59,460 nt of DNA, taken from the IMG/VR virus record IMGVR_UViG_3300043431_000434, positions 1 to 59,460 of that record; one strand, written 5' to 3'. This DNA is from a virus. Taxonomy: Duplodnaviria; Caudoviricetes. The notes beneath the pieces are model-generated. The model did no database searches. It was given only the letters and a program-made list of their open reading frames with translations, and was not told the origin of the DNA. Shown one piece after another: positions 16,656 through 28,000 of the stretch (within the stretch, counting starts at the first letter, position 1; each line of letters opens with the position of its first letter). Position numbers and translations under genes: made by a program.

Positions 16656-17072
16656 TTACTGTTTACTGCGCTTGGTTGCTTTCGGGTTAATTTCCGTTGT
16701 AACCAGCGAAATTACCCCGTTATCGGCTCCCACATTAACTTGACGCAACTCGTCGGCAAAACCCTTCATAGCGGCTTGTTTGGTCGCTAATTCATCGGTA
16801 ATTTCCGGCGGCACCTCAAATACTTTTCTATCCGGGTAACCGTGGGCTACCAAGGCTTTCAATGCGGCTAACGCAGTGGATAACAAATTAAGCTGTTCTC
16901 GTTCATAATCCAGCTTAGCCTGCAAAACTTCAATGGTGGCTTGGGTTAGGGTATTGGGGCCTGATCGTATATCTAATAAATCCTCGCCACCGCCCACCCT
17001 GTTTGAGCCATCTACAACCTCGGTTTCCAAGATAGAAATTAAATCGTTTATTAATGCCATTGCGATTCCCAA
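16656..17072 (-). CDS. Hypothetical coiled-coil protein
   Basis: ORF in the lysis operon. Confidence 0.6.
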   Translation of the reverse strand: MGIAMALINDLISILETEVVDGSNRVGGGEDLLDIRSGPNTLTQATIEVLQAKLDYEREQLNLLSTALAALKALVAHGYPDRKVFEVPPEITDELATKQAAMKGFADELRQVNVGADNGVISLVTTEINPKATKRSKQ

Positions 17073-17121
17073 TAAAGCTACCCCTTGGTAAAAAGGGGTA
17101 GGTCAATACAAAAATAGTCAG

Positions 17122-17436
17122 TTAGACCGGGGTAATCGTGCCGCCATCCGCACCAATATTCACGGCATCCACGACCTGAATAGTTTCACTGACAATCAAA
17201 TCAAGCACGCCACTTGCCAAGTCGGCATCCGCTTTAACATTGATTACGCTATCCCCAATCGCGGTCAGCGTGACATCGGCGGTCATGCCATCGGCTGCGG
17301 GGGTAATTGTGCCATTGGCGGCTGGCTCAAGAGACCATTCTGGTGGAGTCGCGGCATCAACCGCACCTGGCGCACCAGCCAAAGTAAAGGCAACGGCAAG
17401 TTTGATGGGTTGGTTAAGGGTTGCTGGTATTGGCAT
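17122..17436 (-). CDS. Small all-beta (Ig-like) protein
   Basis: GGAG RBS; Ala/Thr/Val-rich beta pattern with a PEWS motif. Confidence 0.55.
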   Translation of the reverse strand: MPIPATLNQPIKLAVAFTLAGAPGAVDAATPPEWSLEPAANGTITPAADGMTADVTLTAIGDSVINVKADADLASGVLDLIVSETIQVVDAVNIGADGGTITPV

Positions 17437-17511
17437 AACATTACTCCGGTAAAGATCAAAGGGTGGTAGGGTTATTCTCTTTTAAGTCGCCGAGAATAAA
17501 AGCGATTAAAA

Positions 17512-17652
17512 CTAGCGCGAATACCCCAGCAAATACTGGGCAAAGACATACAACATGAAACCAAAGACACCTAACAGAAATAAGCCCAGGACAACTAACA
17601 GCGCAAAAGTTGCCCAAAATCTAAATTTAATCCAGCGATTACCCGTTTTCAT
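17512..17652 (-). CDS. 46-aa membrane peptide (not in ORF track)
   Basis: MKTGNRWIKFRFWATFALLVVLGLFLLGVFGFMLYVFAQYLLGYSR; overlaps the upstream stop. Confidence 0.5.
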   Translation of the reverse strand: MKTGNRWIKFRFWATFALLVVLGLFLLGVFGFMLYVFAQYLLGYSR

Positions 17653-17905
17653 AAGGCCCTAGTAGTTGTTCAGCAAACGACTTGAGTTTGACAATATCGT
17701 CATCTAACGCCGACACCAAGCCTGCCACATTTCTTTTATTAGCCGCATCTTTTAAACGCAACAACTTTACCTCGCGATCCAATGCCAGGTTTTGTTTGTT
17801 AAGCTTGCTTGTTAAGGCGATCAAGAAGATATTAACCAGTGCCAAAACAAGTAAAATACCCGTATAAAAATCAGTAAACGTTATGTTTATCCCATCATCA
17901 ATCAT
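17639..17905 (-). CDS. N-terminal TM plus coiled-coil protein (spanin-like or lysis accessory)
   Basis: Directly downstream of the endolysin; single TM segment. Confidence 0.45.
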   Translation of the reverse strand: MIDDGINITFTDFYTGILLVLALVNIFLIALTSKLNKQNLALDREVKLLRLKDAANKRNVAGLVSALDDDIVKLKSFAEQLLGPYENG

Positions 17906-18379
17906 TTAAACCAATCCTACTTTATAGTGTGTCTTGCCATTAAATTTAACCGCTGTCAGCAGTTGTTTGCGGGGCTTATCGGCTAAACCGACATGTACCC
18001 AGCCATCCGGCGGAAACTCATTAATAATTTGATCTATCTCTTCACCAAACCTAAGTTGAATAAACTGGGCGAGTTGTTTATTAGCCATGCCTTTCACCTC
18101 AATATCAGCCGCTTGGCCGCGCAAATGGGCACTGGTACGGCTACCGCCAACCGCTTTATTTACGGCAGGATTACGATAAACCGATAACACGGATATGGGG
18201 GTTGGTTGGCCCAAGTGATCAGATAGGGCATTGCGCAATCGCTGTAAAAACCAGGCCATATTGGCTATGTTTTGCTCGATTTCTGCCGATTCAGGCGTGT
18301 TCGCAATACCACGCCGTATCGCGGTATTTGAGCGCAACATTTCTGCGCGGGTAAAATTGGGTGGGTATTCAAACGTCAT
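17906..18379 (-). CDS. Endolysin, peptidase M15 family
   Basis: NFT..EM.RS.TA.R.GI.NTP...S.YR...VNKAVGGS.TSAHL.GQAADI...DQII.E....WVHV. Confidence 0.9.
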   Translation of the reverse strand: MTFEYPPNFTRAEMLRSNTAIRRGIANTPESAEIEQNIANMAWFLQRLRNALSDHLGQPTPISVLSVYRNPAVNKAVGGSRTSAHLRGQAADIEVKGMANKQLAQFIQLRFGEEIDQIINEFPPDGWVHVGLADKPRKQLLTAVKFNGKTHYKVGLV

Positions 18380-18635
18380 GGTTATTGGGGTAATTCGTTG
18401 TCGATTTTGCAGGAAATGCCTTACCTAAAACCGCTGCATGTAAGGTGTGGATTTTTGCCTTGATTTCAACCAATTCCATCATCCTTGCTGTATAACGCGC
18501 TCGATCTAATTCATGTTGTTCGAGTTGTTGATTGGCATCAAAAAGCAATTTCACATAGTCTTTGCGTAAGTAATAAAGCTGCCAAGCCACTACAAAAAAC
18601 AGGATAGATTCGGTATATAGAATAATTTCGCACAT
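18369..18635 (-). CDS. N-terminal TM protein upstream of the endolysin (holin candidate)
   Basis: One hydrophobic helix; gene position. Confidence 0.4.
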   Translation of the reverse strand: MCEIILYTESILFFVVAWQLYYLRKDYVKLLFDANQQLEQHELDRARYTARMMELVEIKAKIHTLHAAVLGKAFPAKSTTNYPNNHDV

Positions 18636-18831
18636 AGGGATTATGGCGAAGGGCAGGGCATGACACAGCCGCTATTTAGTACATAGGATGTCAAGACAAC
18701 CATGAGGCAACTATAAACCTAAAATTTATAATAATCTTATTATATATCACAAGTTTATTATAAATACCACCGTATCAACTATTGGTTAAGCTTATGGTAG
18801 AATCTGATAAATTAACCCATTAAAACCAGTT

Positions 18832-18996
18832 ATGGCGACACTCCATAAAGTCCTGTTCGGCACCCTCTTAGTCGTCATTGGTACGCCACTGACTTTTCTG
18901 CACTGGTTATTTGGCGGCAAAGACTTTAGCCACGGCAAGGCCGTGGTGTTTGTGGTGATGATGTTTTTATTTGGCTCGGTATTCTTTTTTAAGTAA
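18832..18996 (+). CDS. 54-aa 2-TM protein antisense to the late genes (not in ORF track)
   Basis: MATLHKVLFGTLLVVIGTPLTFLHWLFGGKDFSHGKAVVFVVMMFLFGSVFFFK; extended -10 TGGTAGAAT at about 18795-18803. Confidence 0.55.
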   Translation: MATLHKVLFGTLLVVIGTPLTFLHWLFGGKDFSHGKAVVFVVMMFLFGSVFFFK

Positions 18997-19011
18997 CCAA
19001 GCCAAAATCCT

Positions 19012-22000
19012 CTAGTTAAACGCCTCATGGCTCCGTTGCACTGCCTTCCGCACCACGGCATTTGATTTCAGCATCGTTTCATCAATCAATTGACGTTTTT
19101 CTTCTGGTGATTTGTTGCTTCTATAAATCACATCAATTTGTTTACGTAACTCACTGACTGTTTTACCTGTTTTGGTTAGCTCTTTTTTAAATTTAAGCTT
19201 GTCGGCATACTGTTCGGTTAAGGCCTTCGCCTTATCCTCTGCGCCTTCTTTCTTGTAGGCGTTGATCGTCTTGCTGATCTGGTTAACTTCATTCAGCATG
19301 TCATAAAACTGAGTGCCATATTTGGTATTTAAAGCCGGGGTTTGCTGGTAGAACGCTTTTAGCACGGGGTATTTATCCACCCTGGTTTCTGGCAATTCCG
19401 GCATGTCAGACGCATTCCTGACCAATAAATCAGTCGCCCCCAGGACATACATGCCCATTGCCCCTAAATAGCCGTGCATTAAATGCTCAAGACGCTTAGG
19501 GGATGCGCCCAAGGCTTCAGGCAGGGCTGCGCTAAGTGCCCGCATGGCTTCTGAAGTATGTTCGTTGTACCTGGCACTCGGCAATTTACCCTCATCGGCC
19601 ATACCCTCAATAGGTCGTCCGGTGAACATATCCTTATTCGCGTACAGTTCCAGGAAAGGTCTAAATAGCTGCGGAACTGGGTTGAATGCCAAGGTATCGC
19701 CTGCACCTGCACCCATTCGGGCGGCGTATTCTTTCACGGTGTCCTTGCCCAACAATAACCGGGCCGACCGTTCGGGCACCGTGCCAAACAATAACCCTAA
19801 CTCAAACGGTTTAGGGAGCCGGAAATGACTATCCCCAAAGAAAAAATGCCAGTATTGGTCTTTGTCCCAATCTTCCAATTCCTCATAACGGTCATCATCG
19901 GCGTTAATCGCGAGCAACGCTAGGGTTAACATCGTCATCGAGGCCGCTTTCATCAGGATCAAGCGTTGGGCTTCTTTGGTCTTGCCTGCTTTGGCCAAGC
20001 GGTACAAGCCCACCAACCGCGCATTAAAGAACGGCAACATGTCGCCAAGTGCCCGGACAATGGTAAACGATCCCTGCATGGAAAAATCCATCAAATCTTT
20101 GGCTTCAAACAGGTATTGGGCTTTTTCATTGCCCGCTCGTTTTGATACTTCCAAAGTCGCCTCACGGCTGGCATTTTCTATAGCATCACCGATAGAGCGG
20201 TACATTTCCCAGTATTTGCGCGGGGTGTCGATAATTGAATCCTGAAACCCTTTAATATCGCCGATGCCTTTTTTACGCAAAATAGCATCCATTGCGCTAC
20301 GAGCATTATCGGCATTGTTGTAATTGCCATAACCGCCCTGGAACGAGGCCCCGGCAAACATCATGTCGATATATCCCCCGTCCTCTTTGAACGATTTCAC
20401 CGCGCCGTGGATAGAATCAATACCCAATTTAAAGCCTTTTTCCTCGGCAATCAGCCAGGAATGGAACGAATCCCGAATAAAGTTACGCGCCATAAACGTG
20501 GGATCAGCCGTGACCGCGCCGGTCAGCAAGCGTTTGAAATATCGCATGGGCTTGAAGATACCGCCCAATTCAGTTTGATTGACGGCGGCTAACGAGGTCA
20601 GCAACATAGCATCATTAATTTTGAAATACTCGGTCTTGCCGCCACGCATCACTCGCACGGTGTCAGGATCGGTCGGCGCACGTACCGCCCACATTTTGGC
20701 AATACCTTCGGTCACGCTGGCTGGCATAGCATCGACCAGTTCTTTGGGTAAGCCGGATTCACGCAATAGCTTTTTGATTTGGTCTTTGGGTATTAATGCG
20801 CTGGTAAATTCCACCCGTGGCACTCGTTCAACAAAGCGCGAACCGTCCAGATTGGTCAAGGTTTTATTGAGGGCATTATTTTTCATTGAGGCATCAATCA
20901 AATGCGCCCAATTCTGCATCATATTGCCCAAAGGATCGGATAAGGGGTTATCACCACCCTTAAGCAGTTTAATACCGGATGTTTGATGGCTTAGACCACC
21001 TTTTTTACGAGGCCCACCACTGGCTTTATCTTCCATCAGGCGATAAAACGGGATGTAATCACTATGCTCAAACACCGCCCGCGCCTCTTTATCCACCAAG
21101 CCGGACGCTTCCGCCAGGTCTAAAATGGCCTTATTCATGTCGGCAATACCCTTAGCAACTTCCTGGTATTCAGGCTTTTCCAGGTCAAGTAAGGCTTGAA
21201 TTTCAGCGGCGGTAAAGTTGTTTTCTTTACCTTCACCCATCAACCGGTTGGCACGTCGCCCCACCATCCAGGCGGCAAAGTTTTCCAGGTCGTGTTTAAC
21301 CGGCTGTAAAATTTCTAACAAACCTTTGGAACCCTCTTTTTTCTGGATAATGCCCTTACGCAGTTCAGGCGCACCAAATTGCAAGACTGCCGCTATTGTT
21401 GAGGTGGAACCGGTCGAAAACCGTGCGCCAACATAGCCAGATTGGGAATGGGCGATATCGCCTAAAATTTCCTGCTCGGCGAGTTTGATCCCTAAAAAGC
21501 GGTCGAAAATACCTTGTTCAAGCAGGGGTTTGACCTCTTCCCAACGTTCTTTCATCGCTTCGGCATTGGTTTTAAAGCCTTGGTTTACAATCGCCTTGAT
21601 AGTCTCTGGCAGGTTCTTTTTCTTACCAAACCCGGCCTTGCGCTTGGCTTCGGTTAAGGGGTCGCCAATCGAATATTTTGTGCCGTCTAAACTTTCAGAA
21701 GCTTTTTGAAAGTTTTGTGAAACATGCGCAGTATCTGGGTTTGAGCCATATTTCCCGTTGGTAAAGCGTTCAGAAGTTTGAAAGTTTTTGGAAGTTTCAG
21801 TATTTAAGCTTGACTTTGCAATGGCCGCCAAATCGGCCACGCTGAATGAATTCAGGTTAAAACCGTACCGGAACAAGGTCGCACGGATCAAGGCAACCAA
21901 ATCCCGAACCGCTTTTTGCACCGCTTCGCTTAAGGATTGCGGTTTTGCGGCATAGGCTTCCAGTAAGTAGCTTTGGAATTCTTCAACTTGTAGGTCTTTT

Positions 22001-25000
22001 TCGGTATTTGCTTGGGTGACACGCCGCCAGGCCTCACGCTCAGCTACCGTGCCTTTGCCGTTTTTAACCCGCTCAATTGCTGCCTGGAATTGGGCATCAA
22101 TCACGTTAAGCCTGGTTTGCACATTAGCATCAGTGTCACGGGCAAAATGCCAGCTTTCATGACCTAACACCTGTTGTACCTGGTCTTTGCTGCCTAAATT
22201 ATCCGCTACTAGGGTAATCACGCCTTTATCATAGAAACCTTGGGCGCGATTACGACTATGCGATTGGATAACCTTGAGCTTACCCTCGGCCATGAGTTTT
22301 TGTTGACGAGTGGTTAAGTAACCCTTAACAACTGCAATACTGGAACCGGATGCCGGTTTTTCCTGGCTAAACAGCGGCAAGCCTTCGGTAATAAGCTTTT
22401 GGCGCATGGCTGGGGTGAGGGTGAAGCCGGGTTGAACCCTATCACCCTCTGCTTTCCCTTTCTTATAAGCAAGCACAGCCATGTGATAACTACCGGCATT
22501 ATCAAAATCATCAGCTTTGGGCATCGTTGAAGGGGTGAAGTTGATCCCCTCAACCTTACCCCCACCCACTTTTTTCAGGATGTCATTGGCGACCTGGGGC
22601 ACAATCTTGTCGTAAAAGGCTTTCATGCCTTCGCCGCCAGTTTTCAAATCCAATCCTGACAGTTTCATCCAGTCACGGTAAGCCCCGCCTGTTTTTTCGC
22701 CTTCGCCAGCCTCTATTTTTTTGGCAATGTCCTTTCCGAACACTTCCTCGATTCTTTTAAGGTCGATTTCGTCTTCATTGAAAACCTTGTTTCCATTAAC
22801 ACTGGTGGCGTTTACTTCATACAATCCAGCCGATCCTTCAATAGGTTCGTATTCAATGGATTCGATCTGTTTCCGAAGGTCGTAAAGGTCTGCCGATTGT
22901 TCACCCGTCGCAAACGCGATCCGGTCAAAGCCGTTTTGGGCGGCATGAAGCATCATGCGCTTGATGGCGAGGGCTACCCAGGCTTTGGTGTCGGTGACAA
23001 AGGGGGCGGGTTCTAATCCGATAAGTTTTGCACTTAGAGTCTTGCCAACCCCAGCATCCTTAAGTTCGCTTAGTCTTTTTTCTTGTTCAGAGCTTAACCC
23101 GCCTGCCCACGATTTTTTGTTTAGGTCATGAAGTTCGGTTTCTTCATCAGTCAACTTGTCGGTTGATTTAAACCCCTTCCGCTTACCCTCCTGCCCCCAA
23201 TCGCTCTGGATTTCCTGGATGAAAAGCACCTTGTTGCCGTCAGCGTCGGTGCGTTCGTCATATCTGATATGCGCCAGGACGTTGGGCTGATCCCAGTGAG
23301 AGGATTTATATTGAGTTACATCTTTTGGAGGATACTCACGCTGATATTCGGCAAGAGCTTTAATTCTTTCCGCTCCATAGTCATAGTCATATCCTTTTGC
23401 TTTTAACCAATCTGTAAATAAAGGTGCTTTGGCATCATTATCCAAGATACGACGACTTATAAAAGGCAACGTCAGCAACAACTCTTGATAATTCTCGCCG
23501 CCGGGGACGGTGTATTGGGCGTATTTGGTTTCACCATCAGCACTACCATTTTGTTGTGACCAGCCATCTTCTGCTTCACGATTTAAATAATCCCACGCAT
23601 CTTGCTCTGTCTCAGCATCAGTTATTTGTTTACTATTAAATAGTTCGCCAGTCCACGTACCATCATCATTCTCGTAAACGCTCGGTTCACCAGCAAGATA
23701 ATAGTCTTCTTTGGTACTTCCATATTTATCAACACCACTTCTAAGCACCACTTCCTCAACCTGCACCCCACCCTGATCCAGATAGGCCAGGATGTCGGCC
23801 TTGCTGACCTTGGTTTTATCCTGCAAATCCAGCCAGTCCAGGATGCCACTAAAGTTCAGCTCATCTTTTTTGATTTGTAGCTTGTCAGTATTGGATTGCA
23901 GCCATAATTTGACGTTTTTGCCGCTGGTGTTGTCCAGTTTGGGCGGCAGGTTAGCAATGGATCGCTTCAGTTGTGAGTAGAAGCCGGGGGTACTCGCTAT
24001 GGAATACTTGAGGTCATTCACCACCACTACACCATTAACGACGTATTTGTCGCGCATTGCGGCAATATTGGCTTTGTGTGCGTCAAGCTCGGCCACCCTG
24101 GCTTGCTTATCCGCTTCCAGTTGCGTTAAATCCCGCTTGAGTTCGTCAATGCGCTTGGTGTTTTTGGCTTTTTGTTCGGCCATCCTGGTTTTAAAATCAG
24201 CAATGGATTTCGCCCGTTGCTTGGCATCTTGGTCTTCATATTTTGGGGTAGGCCGGGTATCTATACCCCGGTTTGCCTCGGTGTAATCGTCCAGGTTTTT
24301 GGTGGCTGATTTAATCCGCTTAGCTAGGTTTGAAATGGCTTTTTCAATCACGTTTGATTTGGTTGCCGCTTGCGACAAATCACGTTCGACCTCCAATTTC
24401 CGACGCTTGAGCGGGTCTTGTTCCAGTTCAATTGCCGCATCATACGCATTCGGTGCTTCTTCACCTCTGACATCGGCGGTATCGCTCGACTGGTCTTTCC
24501 AAAACACGTCGTTAAAACCCTGTTTACCGGCAATAATGCGGTAACTCATGGCATCAAACGTGCCGGGTTGGTTAAACGTATGGACGCGCACCTCTGGATA
24601 ACGGTTGCCTTGCCTCACACCCCTATTGGTACGTTGTTCGATTTCATCCGGGCGATAGGGGATGTCAAGTTGATAAATATCGGTCGTATTGACTTGCAAA
24701 TCCACGCCAACACCCAGTTTTGACGTATTGCCGACCAATACCTTGATCTTGCCCTCGTTGTAATAGTCCATGATGCGTTGCAGCATTTCAGGTTTGGGCG
24801 CACTGTTTGACACATTACCGGTGTCTGGGTTTGAAAACGCGCCACCATTGATAAATACCACTTGTTTGCCGCTCAGGCCGGTGGCTTTCATCACTTTAGC
24901 GCGAATGTCCTCATGGGTTGAACCTTTGCCGCCTGGGTATTTCAACCGGTCGATAAAGATAAGTTGGGTAGCATCTGGATCGGCTTTAACCTGTTCGGTC

Positions 25001-28000
25001 ACCAGTTGCACGGTTTTGGCTATCTTGGAATAATCGGCGCGGGTTTCTTCTTCAATAAGCGTTCCAGGGGGAACAATGGTGCTTCTTGAGGTTGGCGTGT
25101 ACAGCCTGACATCGACGCTGGCATCCCGCCCCGCTGTATACATTTGGATCACGGTTTCAGCATCTTGAATTCTCTCCCCTCGCAACTTGGCTTTGCCGTC
25201 TTCAATGGCCCGCAGTAACCGTGCCTGAATATCGGCAAAAATAGCCTCAGCGGTTTCGTTGCGTAAAATGGTGTGCTGGATGTTGATTTCTTTCGGGCGC
25301 ACCAAGTCGGCTGCGGCTTCAGGTGGCACATAATCGACATAGCGGCTGATTATCTTTTTCAAGGCATCAATGTTTTTGATTCCGGTCAACTGCGGGCGCA
25401 TCTTATTCGTGCCATCAACACCCATTTCCTCGACTTGGTTGACATCCAAAAACTCACCAACAAAATCACCGACATTAGTGATCCCGTACTCGTCCAGGAT
25501 GTGGGTATCCAGGTGATGCAACAAGGTCATTAACTCTAATGGTTTGTTGGGGGTTGGGGTGCCAGTCAGTAAAAACACGTTGTTGCCGTTGTTTTTCTCG
25601 GCAATATAGCGGGTTTTAAACCTAAAATCGTACGAGCGGGCACTGCCCAAAGTGACGGTTACCGGGTCTAGGGTTTTATCCTGGTTGCCGTCTTTGTCTA
25701 CCGGATAGGTGGCGGTAATTGCCACATTGGCACCGAGACCGCCTTTGGCATCTTCCGATTGCATCCCGATATTTTTGTAATACTGCACTTCATCAGCAAA
25801 CACCGCATCAAAGCCCAGCTTGCCCATGTCAAAACCAATATCGTCGCCAAATGTTTTCATCATGCTGGCTTTCAGCATCCTGATTTTGGCTAGTCGCTGC
25901 TCTTTGGCTTTAATCTGGCTTTTGGTCAGCTCTTCATCATCTTTTTCCATGCTGGAAATGCTTTCTACCAATTCTTCGGTAAAATCCCCTAACACCTTAC
26001 GCGGAATCGTGAATTTTTGTGCCAGGTTGGTACTGATAAAGGTGTAGTCATAGCGGTTGTTGGTCAGGTCAAAGATCATCTTTTCTTTGTCTTCCGCCGT
26101 CAACGCTGGCCAGTCTTTAGGCTTACCCTTGTTAATGCCGGTGGCATACTTGGGGAACTCAAACACATTGGCGTTCGGGTACAGGTCGCGGGTGGTCTTT
26201 TCCCATTGTGGAATGGTGTTGGCTGGGACGATGAATAACGGCTTTTTCATCACGCCTTTTTGCAACAATTGATCAGCCACCACGATGGCAGTCGGGGTTT
26301 TACCCAAGCCTGGGGCAAACGCTAACACGCCTTTTTTGTTATAAATCGCCCGTTCTGCACCCTGTAACTGGTGTTTCATGAGATTAAACGGCTTGCCCCG
26401 GAATGTTTTTGGCAAATTCTTGAGTGAACGACCATCAAAAACCGGTGCCGCAAAGAAATTTTTGGCGCGGTTGTAGGCATCGACGACCTCATCTGCCAAA
26501 CCATCATCAATGAGTTTTTGCTTGATAAGCGGAATCGCCTCGTTGTTCAACAGGTTTTGGGCTTCTTTCAAACGTGCGGCAAATTCTTCCGCCGTTTCAT
26601 CCTTACCCACTTTTATCAACGGCAGGTGATTGACGAAATTGGTAAACAAATACAGCAATTGGTTGTCGTCAATGGCATTTTCACCAATGATGACCGTGCC
26701 GTCGCGCTGTACTTTTTTACCGATTGACGCGATAGCACTGGGTGGTAACCAGTTTTCCCGGCCGGTAATTGAAATGGCTTTGATCGGTATTAATGGGGGC
26801 TTGATGCTTTGCAGTTTGGCGATTTGTTTATCGCGCTGTGCCGCAGGGCGAATCTTGGCCGCTTGATCCAGCTTTTGGTAAATATTGCCCGCATAGTACA
26901 GCCGTGCGTTTTGTAGTTGGCTATTGCTGGCCTTGGCATAATCGCCGGAATCCAGTAAATCCTGGATTTCATCAGCGGATAACAAGCTGTTTTCGAGTGG
27001 CAGTAAGCCGTCTTGATCTTCTAACGATTCAGCCCTATCTAACAGCGGTGAATTTTCATCAATTTCAATTTTGCCGCTACCTTGAAAGCGCACTTGTTCC
27101 TTGAAAATCCCACTGAGGTTGTAATCCTTGTCAAACAAAGCCAGGTATTCTTTAAGCTGCCGTTCGGCATGTACCGATTTAACCCAAACCATCAGCAATT
27201 TATCGTTGTGCGGATTTTGACCGAATTTTTCCTCGTACTGTTGCACAGCTTCGGCAGTTGGCTTGTCATGGATTGCCGCCAAGGCCGCTAGTTTATCCGC
27301 ATTTTTACCGGTAGCCTTGCGCCCGAATGCGCCTTGGCCTTCAAAATTGGTGTAGGTGACCAGTTTGTCGTAGATGATTCCGTCGGCGAAAAACGGCTTA
27401 TCGACGTGACCAGGCTCAAACTTAAGCCCATGCTTTTCGGCGTAGGCCCTAGCGTCTAACGGTTCGGCAAACTCACTCTGCTCGGCCTTCTGGTTGCTGG
27501 TGTAGTCCTGGGGTTCCAGCTTCATCTTGCCATAGTCAGCCTCGCCGGTCACGATCCAGCCGACCTTGCCCATTGACGTTTTGTTTTTGCCAATGCTCAA
27601 GTCACCCAAAACCGAATCTGGGTAATCAACAAAATACTGGTTGATAGGGTAGCCGTCTTTGCTGGTGACAGCGGCAAACGCCTGGTTTTTCTCCGGCTGC
27701 TTGCTGTCCACGCCTTCAGGCCGCTTTTGCAGGAAAATGACATCAATCATCACTTCCGTGCTGGCATTGGCCTTTTGCGTCCCCATAGGCAAGCGGAATG
27801 CGCCAATCACGTCCACTTGCTTGACCAGGGTTTGCCTAAGCAAAGCCGCCTCGCCGGTGCCGTCCATTGTGCCGGTCGAAGTCATGAACGCCATGACCCC
27901 GCCGGTTTTCAGTTTATCGACCGATTGGGCAAAGAAAAAGTTATGGATAGCCTTAAACGCGGGTTTAATCGTGCCTGCATGTTCCCGCGCCAGGGATGAG

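Noticed and set aside
21690-21800. Degenerate (G/A)AAGTTT repeats within the polyvalent gene
   Set aside because: They are short, irregular and inside a low-complexity linker, so no function can be supported.
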